From assembly GCA_963769025.1 (NCBI GenBank), contig CAVYKI010000006.1, positions 96,001-160,000 of the forward strand: a stretch of DNA of 64,000 nt, given 5' to 3'. The position numbers were made by a program, and so were the translations under genes. Below are positions 21,654-36,646 of the stretch, in pieces. The stretch comes from an uncultured Verrucomicrobiae bacterium (GTDB lineage: Bacteria; Verrucomicrobiota; Verrucomicrobiia; Chthoniobacterales; Chthoniobacteraceae). Numbering within the stretch: position 1 is the stretch's first letter; the number at the start of each line of letters is the position of its first letter. Below the pieces are notes generated by a model. That model did no database searches and had not been told where the DNA came from. It was given only the letters and a program-made list of their open reading frames with translations.

Positions 21654-23183
21654 CTATCTTGGCTTCGGCCACTCCACGACGAAGCCGCCCACGTACTTCG
21701 TCGCATCCGGGGTGCTTTGCAGCATTTCCTTCCACGCGAAACCCTTCCCGCCCACCGGCGCGAGCGTGAGCCATGCGGCGCCGCTCAGCTCGGCCTGCCC
21801 GGCTCCCAGTCGGTGAAGGTGAACGGCTTGCCGGTGATCCACGTCCACGGGCCTCCGTTCTCGGTGCGGATGCCTCCCAGCCAGACCTGGTGCCCCCGCC
21901 TCGGCATCGCCGTTGCGCAGATCGTGTTCAAAACATCGCGCTCTCCGGCACTGCTGATGGTGGCGAGATTCCTCCCATGGCCTTGGCTCGCGCCGCGGCT
22001 TCCGTCCACGAGACTTGCTCCTTTACGAGGAGGTAGCGGTAGTTGCCAACGCGCGCGCGTCCCTTGCACCCGGCCGCGCCGGGAGGGTGTTGGCGCCGCG
22101 CCGCCAGCGGATCGCCGCGGCGGGGATCGCGAGGCCGAGGATTGCGACGACGCTGAAAATGACGGTCATTTTCCGCCGGCTGCTGCGGGTGCCGCCCGTC
22201 GTCGCGCGCTTCGCGACCGTGCGCTTGAGGATTGGCTCGATGGCATTTCGCAGCTCGGTCGCGCTGCCGTAGCGGGCCGCGGGATTCCGCCGGAGCGTGC
22301 GGGCAAGGATGAGGTCGAGCTGCTTGTCGAGGCCGGGACGGCCCGGGACGGCAGGACGTAGCCGGGGAGGGGGATTTTCCCCGTGAGCATGTAGTAGAGC
22401 ATGACGCCGACGGCGTAGATGTCCGCGCGGTGATCCACTTTCGCCGCGTCCGTCAGCGCCTCGGGTGCCATGAATTCCGGCGTGCCCATCGCAACGTGCG
22501 TCATCGTGAGCGACGCGGTCCCGGGAGCGGTGCATTTTGCGAGGCCGAAGTCGGCGACCTTCACGGCAACTGGCTCTCGTCGAGCATGATGTTCGAGGGC
22601 TTGATGTCGCGATGGATGATCCCGTGCGCGTGTGCGCACGCGAGGGCGTCGCAAACCGCGACGGTGATGCGCAGTGCCTCGGAGGGTTCCAAAGGTCCAC
22701 GCTCCTTGACCAGCCGATGGACGTCGGTCCCGTCCACACATTCCATGACGAAATAAAGCAGCCCGCCGGAGGTCTCGCCCGCGCCGTACACGGAGACGAT
22801 TCTGCCGTGCCTGAGCTGCGCCATCGCGTTGCCCTCGCGCTTGAACCGCTCGGCGAAATCCGAGATGCCATCGTCAGCTGTCGGCGGGAGGATTTTGATT
22901 GCGACGAAGCGGTTGAGGCTCCTGTGCCAACCCTTGGCACCGCGCCCATTCCACCGCGCCCGAGGAGGCTGCGGATTTCGTGATCCGGAAAATCCGCCTG
23001 GAGCTCCTCCGGCGACGGCGGGTCCCAGTCGCCGGGCCCGCTCTTCCTGCAGGCGATGCCAAACATGGCCCCAAGCGCCGCCTCCGGCAGCGCCGTCCCC
23101 GGAGACGGCTCATCCGTGCCCGGCGCGCTGGCGGGCTCCGGTGGGAGGCTGCGTTTGTCTTGGGTTTCCACGTGCGGTGTCAT
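21654..23183 (-). CDS. Hanks-type Ser/Thr kinase with a TM helix and C-terminal C-type-lectin-like domain, frameshifted
   Basis: LGRGGMGAV, HRDIKPSN, KVADFGLAK, MGTPEFMAPE, DIYAVGV, TM (VIFSVVAILGLAIPAAAI), then LATISSAGE...VWLGG...WTWITGKPFTFTDWEPG. Confidence 0.85.
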
Positions 23184-23254
23184 CCGGGGGACGACGCCTC
23201 GAGCAGCTATCGAAACGGCCCGCGAAACGCAAGCGCCCGGCGCGGTCCGGCGGG

Positions 23255-23760
23255 CTATTTCTGCTGCCGGACCAGATCGGCGAAGCGCGCGAGTTGGTCG
23301 GCCTCCGCAGCGCTGCCTTCCTTGCGGAGCTTCTGCGCCTTCGCTTCGAGTTTCGCGACTAGGATGCGCCGTGCGTCGTCCGTCCCGGCTGCGAGCCTGG
23401 AGCGGGCTTCCGCGGAAAGTTGCGACAGCTCCGCTTCCACGCTCTGCCACGCGTCGCGCGCCTTTGGCGAATCGATGGTGCCCTCCGCAAGCCGCGTCCA
23501 CTGCTGCGGCAGCAGGTCCGTTCGCCCGGTCCACCCGTCGCGGACAAACCAAAACACGCCGGCCGCGAGCACCACCACCACGGCAAGCGTGATCATTTTC
23601 AGAAGCCCGCGCAGCAGCAGCGAGAAGATGAGCAGCGCCACCGCCGCGGCACCGCAGGCGAGCACCTTGTCGGTGAATAAATGCCGCCAGCCGTCCACAC
23701 TCGGAGCCGCCGCCGCGACGTTCGCGAAGCAGACGGCGCAGAGCGCGGGGAGGACGGAGC
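23255..23760 (-). CDS. Hypothetical membrane protein (start uncertain)
   Basis: Hydrophobic segments followed by a charged helical C-terminus in ORF 23255..24007. Confidence 0.55.
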
Positions 23761-23910
23761 TGACGGCTTCTCCGCCGGGCAGCGCCTGCCGCCCGGGAGT
23801 TTTGGCTGGTGAAGGGTGAATGGTGGCCTCGGGTTGAATCTCGAGACTCGATACGCGATGCCACGCCCTTCCGGGTTCTGAACGCCGCCACCGCACCCAC
23901 CCACACGGAT

Positions 23911-24678
23911 TCACCAGCCTTCCTGCTTGAGGTAGGAGGATTTGATGATCCCGATGTTCGCGGACCGGCATCCGCGGATCCTGGCTGCCGGGCTGCATGT
24001 CGCGCATCCATGCTCAGCGGGCGGACGCTGCCGTCGAGGAACGCTGCCAGTGCATCGCGTCCATGCCGGAAATGCATGGTCTTCTGCGTCGGATCGAGCA
24101 GGTAGAACTCCTCGACCATCGGCTTCTTCGCCGACGCGGGCGCCTGGAAGGTGTTCACCTGCGCACAGGTGGCGAAGACGATCATCTGCGCCGGATCCTC
24201 GACGCTAAGCGAATTGCGCGGCGCTCCCGGTGGAATCGGCGACCAGCGCGACGTTGTAGCCGTAGCCGTAGTTTCCGTTTTGGTAATTCGGCTTCAGCCG
24301 CGGGCTTGAACGCCAAGGAAGGCGGGGTCGGTCTTGACGCCACCCGACGCGCTTCGCGTTCCGCCCGAGCGGTCCCCTCGAATAATCGCAGGTTCGTTTT
24401 CCCTCGGCCATTTTCGACGAGGCGGTCGTCTCGAAACCAAACCACCACTGCATCCACCGTCTGGCTCCACGCCCTGCCGATACGGCCAGGGAAGGTGCCT
24501 GTCGTGGTCCTTGAGGTAGAGGTGCCCCGCCACCATCAACTGGCTGAGCGAATGCGCGCTGATGGCCCGTGCGCTGGCCATCTTTGCGCGCGATGACACG
24601 GCCATCGATCAGCGCGCTGAGGATGGCAATGATTGCCACCACCACGAGCAGTTCGATGAGTGTGAAGGCCTTCTTCAC
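23911..24678 (-). CDS. Prepilin-type N-terminal cleavage/methylation protein with H-X9-DG motif, frameshifted
   Basis: MKKAFTLIELLVVVAIIAIL, YGYGYN, FRHGRDALAAFLDGSV (H, nine residues, DG), ending ...YLKQEGW*. Confidence 0.88.
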
Positions 24679-24690
24679 GGCAGCGCGATT

Positions 24691-25638
24691 CTAGACGCGC
24701 CGCCTCCTGACGAAAGCGAGCACCCCGCCTCCGGTGAGAAGCAGCAGCGCAGTCGTCGGCTCCGGTACCCAGTAGCGTGACGCCGATCTGATGAATGGTC
24801 ATGTCGCCGATGAGCGCGGGCGTGGACGGGTAAAAGGAATTGTAGCCATCCGCGTAGGCCATGATCGCGAGCGAATCCACGGCGAAGCTCGGACTGATGA
24901 ATGACAAATCCAGCGCAGGCAGGCCGGTGTCCAGAAAGGCCAGCGACGAATCCTGCAGGGTGAGAGTCAGCAGCTCGGTCGCCGCCGTGTAATTCAGTGT
25001 CGCGATGAGCAACGTGGCCTGCGGCAGCTGATCGATGGCCTGCATTCCATCAGCGAGATCGGAGTCATTGCCATACGACGCCGCGAAATTGCCGAATGCA
25101 TCGCCGCGGCGATCTGCGCGCCGAATACCGAGGGCGTCAGGGCCGTCCGAAGTCGTACGTCGGCGACAGATTTGGGTAGTAGCTGAACTCGACCGTGCTG
25201 AACACGTTGGATGAGCCGGGTGCCGGATAGAATGGATCACTCGGGCAAGCCCGGTGCGATTCCCCCCCGTGACCGAATGATTCACGAGGCCGAACGCGAA
25301 CCTGCATGAACTCGTTGTCCGGGGCGCTTTGCGTGACGTTGGTGAAGCTGAAGCGGGCCGTGAGTGTGAATTCATCCGTGCTGGTCGTCGCGCTGGCCGG
25401 AATCGGCAAATCCAGGGCGGACCGTCGGCTTTGAGGACATCCACATGCACGCGCAGGGTGCTCTTTCCGGTTAATCCCACACAAACTGACCGTTCGAGTT
25501 ATCGCCCGCCCCGAACGTCCAGCCATTGGTTGAACGGGTCGGTCGAGAAGTCCGAGACCACATTGATGGCTGTCGAGACGCGCAGCCAACGCAAGCGTGA
25601 GGACGCCGGCACCGGCCAGGATTAGTTTTCTTTTTCAT
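24691..25638 (-). CDS. PEP-CTERM sorting-domain surface protein, frameshifted
   Basis: Starts MKKK plus a hydrophobic signal; the C-terminal frame reads VPEPTTALLLLTGGGVLAFVRRRRV*. Confidence 0.85.
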
Positions 25639-25777
25639 GGTTGGTCTCTGTTGGTTGAGAGAGACCAGGACACGACACGGCGCAGAGCGCGCCGCGGCGA
25701 GCAGACTGATCCCTCATTCTTCTTTTTTGCGAAGAAGTTTTGCCGCGCGCATCCGCACACGCGGCGGCGCGAATGAG

Positions 25778-25952
25778 AGCGGATCGGGGAAATGTTCTGG
25801 CTCCTGGCTTGCGGCACCGCCCGGCTTTCGCCCGCCAACCTTCTCCCCGCCTTCACCTCCGCTGTCGCGGAGATTGGCACATGGGGAGTCGTATCCAGTT
25901 ACAGCAGCGCAACTGCTTCCGATTTTCACGGAATTCCTTCCACCGATCCGCT
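25778..25952 (-). promoter_or_regulatory. Cobalamin (AdoCbl) riboswitch-like leader
   Basis: The minus strand reads agcggatcgg...GGAAttccGTGAAAATCggaagcagttgcGCTGCTGTAActgg...GCCAatc...GAAGGc...gccaggAGCCAGAAcatttcc-ccgatccgct. It has a perfect 10-bp closing stem, a T-loop hairpin and a B12-box-like 3' element, about 140 nt upstream of the PEP-CTERM ATG. Confidence 0.8.
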
Positions 25953-26023
25953 AACGTTGAACTCGCAAAGAACTGAGCCCGCGTTGAACAGCCAGCGGCA
26001 GCGTGCGGCAAGCAAAATTTCGG

Positions 26024-26672
26024 TCAGCGTTTTTTTCCCCGCGCCGGCTTTTTCCCCGCGTCGCGTCGCGCTGGCCCGCAGGCGGTGAGTTGCGACACGA
26101 TGTCCTCCAGCGCCGCGAGGCCAAAGCTGATCTTTTTGAAGAACGACCGGTTGTGTGGGACGAGCACGAAACGCGGATGCCCCGACCATAGGACGCGCAG
26201 CCTGCGGTCCAGTGCCACGGCCTGCTCGGTGGTCTCGTTGCGAATCGGATTTCCGCCCTCGATGCTGGCGCCTCCGACCGCAGCGGACTCAAAAAAGATG
26301 ACGGCATCGTAGCGCGCCAGCTCGGCGTCGAGGGTCGTGCCGCTCGCCTTGAAGCCTTCCTTCCGTCGAGCCGGGCGGGAGTGGGCAGAGCCATCCACCG
26401 TGCCGCGGTCGCAGAGCAGGATGCGGTCGGGGTAGCGGGCTCCCTGCACGTCCTCCAGTCCGCGCTGCAGATGGAAGATCGCCATATCGCAGCGCGGGAC
26501 GCAGGCGCTGCGTGCCGGGAAAGCCACCGCTGAAAAGCAGCGTCGCCGCCTCGGGCACGAACACCACGCGCTCGCCGATCTCGCGCCGGAACAAATGGCC
26601 TGCGGTCGTCTTCCCCCCGCCGGGACCGCCGGTGAGGACGATGCGGCAGCGTCCATTTTGTGAAGGATTCAT
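26024..26672 (-). CDS. NadR/Ttd14-like AAA_28 P-loop NTPase, frameshifted
   Basis: RIVLTGGPGGGKTT, FVPEAAT, LLCDRGTVDG, RYDAVIFFE. Confidence 0.8.
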
Positions 26673-26729
26673 GCCGGAGGATAGCGTCCGCCGGCGATCC
26701 GCTGCGAGAAAACTCGCGCCGCGCCGCGG

Positions 26730-28363
26730 CTACTGCGGCTCCTTGTGCACGAGGCGGACGATCACGCTGTCGCCGGACCACGTCGGCGGATTCGCCTCGT
26801 CCCACATCTTGAACTGCGACCAGTAGGCATCCCACTCGCCGCGGCGGATCGTGCAGATCGCCGCGCCGTGCTCCTTCGAGGAACGCCCGCAGGCCGCCCG
26901 CCTTTCCGACTCCGTCCATTCCGGCGATCACCGGGATGTCGTGCTGCGTCCAGTTGAACGCCTTTTCCCTCGTCCCGATCACGACCATCGGCAGCCGCGT
27001 GTAAAAGTGGACGCCGCGGACTAGCACCTTGCCGGCGAGCATCGGTTCGTCTGGCCGGAGCTTTCGCATAGCGTCCGCGACCGGGCGCCCGGAGCTGAAC
27101 TCCTCCACCTTGTCCTGCGTGATTACCAGCGCGCCGATGATCAGCGCGGCAGTCGCCGTCGCATTGACGCCGATCCACACGGCGAATTTGCCACGCCAGA
27201 GCGCGACGAGCCCGACCGCCAGCAGGCCGGCAAACACGAGCGCCGGAGTCTGAAACGGCTGCGACTGCTTCACAAATGGTGCGGCGCAGCAGAGGCCGAT
27301 CTGCACGATGGCGAGCAACAGCACCACGACGCGCTCCTTCGTGTCGCGGAATCCCTTCGCCAAAAGATCGTCCAGCACCACGCCGATCAGCACCGCGACG
27401 GGGACGAACACGAAAAAGAAATACGATGGCAGCTTCGACTGCGCGCAGGTGAGGAAGACAAAGCTCGTGATCAGCCAGCTCCAGAAAAAGACGAGCCGCG
27501 GATCGTGGCGGATGCCGCGCGCAGCCCGCGAGAAGGCCATGGCGAGCGCCGGGATCCACGGCAGCGAACCGCCGATAAGGATGCCGAAATAATAATAGAA
27601 ATGGCGGTGTGCCTGATGCTCGGCACGGAGAAAGCGCCCGATGTTTTCATGCACGATGAAATGATGGAGGAAGCCCCAGCCGTGCTGAACCGTCATGACG
27701 ACGTACCAAGGAATGCCGATGGCGAGATACAGCGCGATCCCGATCCACACCGCGCGGCCGCGATACGGATGGGGCCGTTTCGTCACGAACGAAAATGCCC
27801 CGGCCGCCAGCAGCGTCACGATCAGCCCGAGCGGGCCTTTCGTGAGCATGGCGAGGCCGCCGAGGACAAAATGCAGGATGATCCATCTGGCCCGGTTCTT
27901 CTCATCATCCACAGCGAGCCAGTAGAAGAAGAGCGCGCCACCGATGAAGAGGGCCAGTGAGATGTCGGTGAGCATGAGTCGCGACATGATCGCGTACTCC
28001 AGGCCGCTCCCGAGCACGACTGCGGCCAGGCAGGCCGGCGCGCCGGTTGAAGACGCGCGTGACGAACCAGTATATGAGGAAGACGAGCAGCGTGGCCGGC
28101 AGCGCGGAAGGCACGCGTCCGGCCCATTCGCTGATGCCGAAAATTTTGAACGAAGCCGCGACGCACCAGTAATAGAAGATCGGCTTCTCGAACTGCGGCT
28201 CGCCGAAAATCTTTGGCGTCAGCCAGTCATTGCCCTCGACCATCTCCCGGGCTGTCACCGCGTAGAAAGGCTCGTCCGGGTCGATCAGCCCGATCCGCCC
28301 AAGCCCCGCCCAAAAAATCAGCAAACTCAAAACGAGGAGGAGGAGGAGATCGCGTGTTTTCAA
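26730..28363 (-). CDS. ArnT-like GT-C glycosyltransferase (GT83/GT39-like), frameshifted
   Basis: DPDEPFYAVTAREM...WLTP...FEKPIFYYW, LTKGP, QSKLPSY, many TM helices. Confidence 0.85.
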
Positions 28364-28519
28364 ATTTTGTGGTGTGGCTAAGAGTGGAATATGGGCTTCG
28401 TCCGGAAACGGGCGGGAGGAGTCTCGTTTCAGGCGCTGCGCGTCAATGCGGAAACGCCCGTTCGCCGCAGCCGCGCCGCTCCACCGTGCATCCGGACGCT
28501 GGTGTGATCCGCTGAAAAA

Positions 28520-29896
28520 TTACGGCTGCTGTGCGAGCGTCCGTTCCAGCCACGATGCGGCGAACGCGATCTCCTCATCGGAAATGCAGAATGGCGGGGT
28601 GAAGCTGAGCACATTTGCAGACGGTGAATCCGCAAGGAGAATGATGCCGTCCTTCAGCGCGCGCTTAACGACGGAAAGCGCAAGACCGGTCGCCGGGACG
28701 TTGCTTCCGCCTTCCGTCAGTTCCATGCCGAGCATCAGGCCGACTCCACGAACGTCCGCGATACACGGCGAACGAATGGACTGCAGCGCGGTCTTGAATG
28801 ACCTGCCTCTCGCTCGGACCGCGCGTGCCATTTCCGGATCGCGATGCAGCGCGATCGATGCCAGGGCCATCGCACATCCAATCGGATTGCCTAGAAAGGT
28901 GCTGGTGTGCAGCGCTTCGCCGGAGGAAACCGGCCATGCATCCATCACGTCGCCGCGGCCCACGCATGCGCTGAGTGGAAAACCTCCGGTGAGCGCTTTT
29001 CCCAGGCAAATGATGTCCGGTGCAACTTCCGAATGCTCGCAGGCGAACAATTTCCCGGTGCGGTTGAATCCCGTGAGTATTTCATCCGCGATGAGCAGAA
29101 TCTTATGCTCGTCGCAGACCTGCCGCAGGAGCCGCAGGAAATCCCGGGGCGGCACGACGCAACCGCCCCGGCCTTGGATCGGTTCGACGAGGATGGCCCC
29201 GATTTCGCGCTGCCGGATGAGGGCATCGATTTCCCCGCGCAATTTTTCCAGGCACGTCGTGGAGCAATTGGGAAAATCGCGGCCATCGAGCCGGAAACCA
29301 GCGGTCACGTCGTACGGACAGCGGAAACATCCGGGATACGGGAGGAGCGCGGCGAAATCCCTGAGCTGCGCGCGAAAAGGCTCGCGGAAAAATTGAATGC
29401 CTCCCGCTGCCAGTGCGCCGAAGCCCAAGCCGTGATAGCCCCCGCGAAATGCAATGACGCCGGGTTTTCCCGAATGCAACAGCGAGGTCTTCAATGACGC
29501 CTCGACCGCTTCGAATCCGGAATTGCACAGGATGGTCTTCGCACCACCCGCCCCCCATCGCTCAAAGGTGATTGCACTCAATTGCTCACAGAGCTCCGCC
29601 TTCCATTCCGTAGGATGCACGTCACCCATGGCGTGCATCAATGCAGACGCCTGCGCTATGAGTGCGTCACGGATCTCCGGCCGCGTGTGACCGGTGGCCG
29701 CCACACCGAAGGCCGACGTGAGGTCCAGAAAGCGGTTGCCGTCCGCATCCCAGACATTCGCGCCCGATGCGCGCTCCCAGAAAATCGGCCAGTCTTCCGC
29801 GGTGAACGTGACATTCCGGGACTCAAAACGTCGGAGCTTCGCGGCAAGGGCGCGCGAACGGGGGCCGGGAATATCGCCTTGGATTTGTGGGAACAC
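28520..29896 (-). CDS. Class III PLP aminotransferase (GABA/ornithine aminotransferase-like)
   Basis: WDADGNRFLD, NSGFEAVE, GGYHG, ILVEPIQG, LIADEILTGFNRTG, LGKALTGG. Confidence 0.9.
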   Translation of the reverse strand: MFPQIQGDIPGPRSRALAAKLRRFESRNVTFTAEDWPIFWERASGANVWDADGNRFLDLTSAFGVAATGHTRPEIRDALIAQASALMHAMGDVHPTEWKAELCEQLSAITFERWGAGGAKTILCNSGFEAVEASLKTSLLHSGKPGVIAFRGGYHGLGFGALAAGGIQFFREPFRAQLRDFAALLPYPGCFRCPYDVTAGFRLDGRDFPNCSTTCLEKLRGEIDALIRQREIGAILVEPIQGRGGCVVPPRDFLRLLRQVCDEHKILLIADEILTGFNRTGKLFACEHSEVAPDIICLGKALTGGFPLSACVGRGDVMDAWPVSSGEALHTSTFLGNPIGCAMALASIALHRDPEMARAVRARGRSFKTALQSIRSPCIADVRGVGLMLGMELTEGGSNVPATGLALSVVKRALKDGIILLADSPSANVLSFTPPFCISDEEIAFAASWLERTLAQQP

Positions 29897-30020
29897 GCCC
29901 TGCCTTTCGGCAAAATGCGTGCGAAACGGAAGCCCGAACCGCACGCGACGGAGAGATCGCGCTTGCCAGCTTGGAGCGCGCACCTAGTCTGCCTCGCCCA
30001 ACCTTGGTACCAAGCAACGC

Positions 30021-30485
30021 ATGACATTAGGCAATCTCCTTTCGAAAGAAACGATCCTCCCGGAGATGCAGTCGACCGAACGGTACGCGGCCATCGCGGA
30101 ACTCGTCTCGCTGCTAGTGGCGCATGGCCAGATTGCCGAGGCAGATCGAAAGGATGTGCTGGCCGCCCTTCGTCGGCGGGAGGAAACGATGAGCACCGGG
30201 ATCGGCTTTGGGATCGCGATTCCACATGCGTCGAGTGACAAGGTCACGAAGGTGGTCGCCGCCTTCGGACGGTCCTCGCAGGGAATCGAATTTGAGGCGT
30301 TGGACAATTCGCTGGTGAAGTTTGTAGTCCTTTTCGTGGTGCCAAAGGATCAGTTCCAAACGCACCTGCGGACGCTCGCTGCCATCGCAAAGTTTCTCAA
30401 TGACCGCTCGGTCCGCGAACGTCTCGCGACTGCGCCCACGGGACCGGACATCTTGGCGGTCTTTGAGAATAATCAGCCTGCGTAG
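30021..30485 (+). CDS. PTS EIIA domain protein (Ntr/Fru type)
   Basis: RREETMSTGIGFGIAIPH, with the phosphorylatable His. Confidence 0.9.
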   Translation: MTLGNLLSKETILPEMQSTERYAAIAELVSLLVAHGQIAEADRKDVLAALRRREETMSTGIGFGIAIPHASSDKVTKVVAAFGRSSQGIEFEALDNSLVKFVVLFVVPKDQFQTHLRTLAAIAKFLNDRSVRERLATAPTGPDILAVFENNQPA

Positions 30486-30568
30486 CTCCGGTGCGCGCTT
30501 CGCGGGAATGTGCCGTGCGGGACTGACGCCCAAGCCGCAGCGCAGCCCAGCGTCGCTTCCTTTTCTCC

Positions 30569-32322
30569 ATGGAAACCATCCAAAGCATTCTCGCTTCCCG
30601 GCTCATCGCCGCCGTGGGCGACACCGGCGGAACGGAAGTCACGGTCCAGCCGGCGACGGACGCCCGTTTCGGCGACTACCAATCCAACATTGCGATGCAG
30701 CTTGCCAAGGCACGTCGCGCAAATCCCCGGCAGGTAGCCGCGGAAATCCTGGAGCGGATCGCGGTCGAAGACATTTGCGAGACGCCGGAGATCGCGGGCG
30801 CGGGGTTCATCAATTTTCGCATGAAGCCAGCGATGCTTGCTGCGCACTTCATCGCGCTCAGCGCCGAAGAAAGGCTCGGCGTTCCCACCGTTCCGCAGCG
30901 TCGGATTGTCATCGATTTTTCTTCGCCGAATGTCGCGAAGCCGATGCATGTCGGGCATATTCGCAGCACTTTTCTGGGCGATGCCCTCGCGCGAATCGGC
31001 AGGTTCCTCGGTCATGTCGTGTTGACAGACAATCACATCGGGGACTGGGGTACACAATTTGGAATGCTCTGCCTGGCGTGGAAGACCCTGCTCGACAAGG
31101 ACGCACTCGCAGCAGACCCTATCGGAGAACTCGAACGCATCTACAAGGCACAGAATGAGCGCTGCAAATCCGACCCCGCGCAAATGGATGCGGCGCGCGG
31201 CGAACTTGTAAAGCTGCAGGCCGGCGATGCGGAAAATCTCTCCATCTGGCGTGAGATGATCCGGCTTTCGCAGGTGCAGTTCGACGCGATTTACTCGCGG
31301 CTCGGGATTCATTTCGATCGTCACGCTCGGCGAGTCATTTTACAATCCGTGGCTTAAGGAAACGGTCGCGGAAATCGTCTCGAAGGGAATTGCCCGCGAG
31401 AGCGACGGCGCATGGTGCGTCTTCAGCGATGGCACACTTGCGCAAAAGGACGATCCGTTTTTGATCAAGGACGAGAACGGCTGGAAGGATCCGCGCCCGC
31501 CCTCGTGCAGAAAGCCGATGGTGCTTCGAATTACACCACCACCGACCTAGCCACGATCGCCTACCGCATCCGCGAATTTTCGCCGGACGAAATCATCTAT
31601 GTGACCGACGGACGGCAGCAGCTTCACTTCCGGCAGTTCTTCGCCGTCTGGCGCCGCTGGCAGTCTGCGAGCAGCGTGAAGCTCTCGCACGTGTGGTTCG
31701 GCAGCATCCTCGGCGAGGACGGCAAACCATTCAAAACGCGCAGCGGCGACACGGTGAAGCTCGCCGATTTGCTCGATGAAGCGGAGGATCGCGCCGCAAA
31801 AGTGATCGCGGAAAAAAATCCTGAAATGCCCGAAGCCGAGCGTCGGAATATCGCGCGCATCATCGGCCTCGGCGCCGTGAAATACGCCGATCTGCTCCCG
31901 AACCGGCAGGGCGATTACGTTTTCTCGTGGGAGAAAATGCTCAGTTTCCAAGGCAACACCGCGCCGTATTTGCAAACGCCTATGTGCGCATCCGCTCGAT
32001 TTTCCGGAAGGCGGAAATGAATCCGGCAGCCGTCCGCGCCGGTGCCGCGGTATTCACGGAAGCCCGCGGAATTTGCGCTCGTGAAAAAGCTCGCGCAGTT
32101 CGGGGAGGTGCTCCCTTCCATCTTGGACGATCACCGTCCAAATCTGCTCTGCAATTACCTCTTCGAACTCGCAAACGCGTTCACTCATTCTTCGAGGCGT
32201 GCCCGGTCCTGAAAGCGGCAGAACCGGTGCGCAATTCACGGCTCGCTTTGAGCGACACCACGGCGCGTGTCCTTGCCAAGGGTCTCGATCTGCTCGGCAT
32301 TTCCGTGCCTGAACGCATGTAG
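30569..32322 (+). CDS. argS: Arginyl-tRNA synthetase, frameshifted
   Basis: [47 protein letters not shown], ...ISVPERM*. Confidence 0.97.
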
Positions 32323-32375
32323 CGCGAGCCTTTCATTCGGCACGGACGAGGCAAATTGAGTTGGAAGGAGTAATC

Positions 32376-32393
32376 CATCACCAAATCATGATG
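32376..32393. promoter_or_regulatory. Palindrome CATCA-N8-TGATG upstream of metH, possible operator
   Basis: catcaccaaatcatgatg lies about 50 bp upstream of the metH ATG. Confidence 0.35.
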
Positions 32394-32445
32394 CGTCACT
32401 TTGTTGCTTGAAACAATTGACGCTCACGCTCTTATTTCCCCAGCC

Positions 32446-36245
<3,800 letters not shown>

Positions 36246-36258
36246 CGAACGCGCCGGC

Positions 36259-36642
36259 CTAGCCGCCGACCGCGACCGCGTTTGCCACTGCGTAGTGTTC
36301 GCTGTGGCTGAGGCTCAGCAGCACCTGGGCCACGCCGAGCCCGCGGGCGGTGTCCGCACCGATTCCGCTGAGGACAACGTGCGGGGCGCCGCTTTCCTTG
36401 CGGCAAATCTCGATGTCGTGCCAGTGAAGCTGCGCGCCGATGCCGGTGCCGAGCGCCTTGGACACGGCCTCTTTTGCTGCGAACCGCGCGGCGTAGCACC
36501 GGGCCGGTTCACGCTGGGGCGAGCAGTAGGCCTGCTCCGCAGGGAGAAAGAGGCGGTCGAGGAGCGACTGCCCACTCCGTTCCATCGCGGATGCGAACCG
36601 CGCGATTTCCACGATGTCCACGCCGATGCCGAGCACGCTCAT
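36259..36642 (-). CDS. acpS: Holo-ACP synthase
   Basis: [28 protein letters not shown]. Confidence 0.95.
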   Translation of the reverse strand: MSVLGIGVDIVEIARFASAMERSGQSLLDRLFLPAEQAYCSPQREPARCYAARFAAKEAVSKALGTGIGAQLHWHDIEICRKESGAPHVVLSGIGADTARGLGVAQVLLSLSHSEHYAVANAVAVGG

Positions 36643-36646
36643 GGCG

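Noticed and set aside
22023..24185. 720-aa ORF suggesting a pilin-kinase fusion
   Set aside because: It is a chance read-through frame crossing three separate frameshifted genes and is mostly out-of-frame Arg/Ala-rich text.
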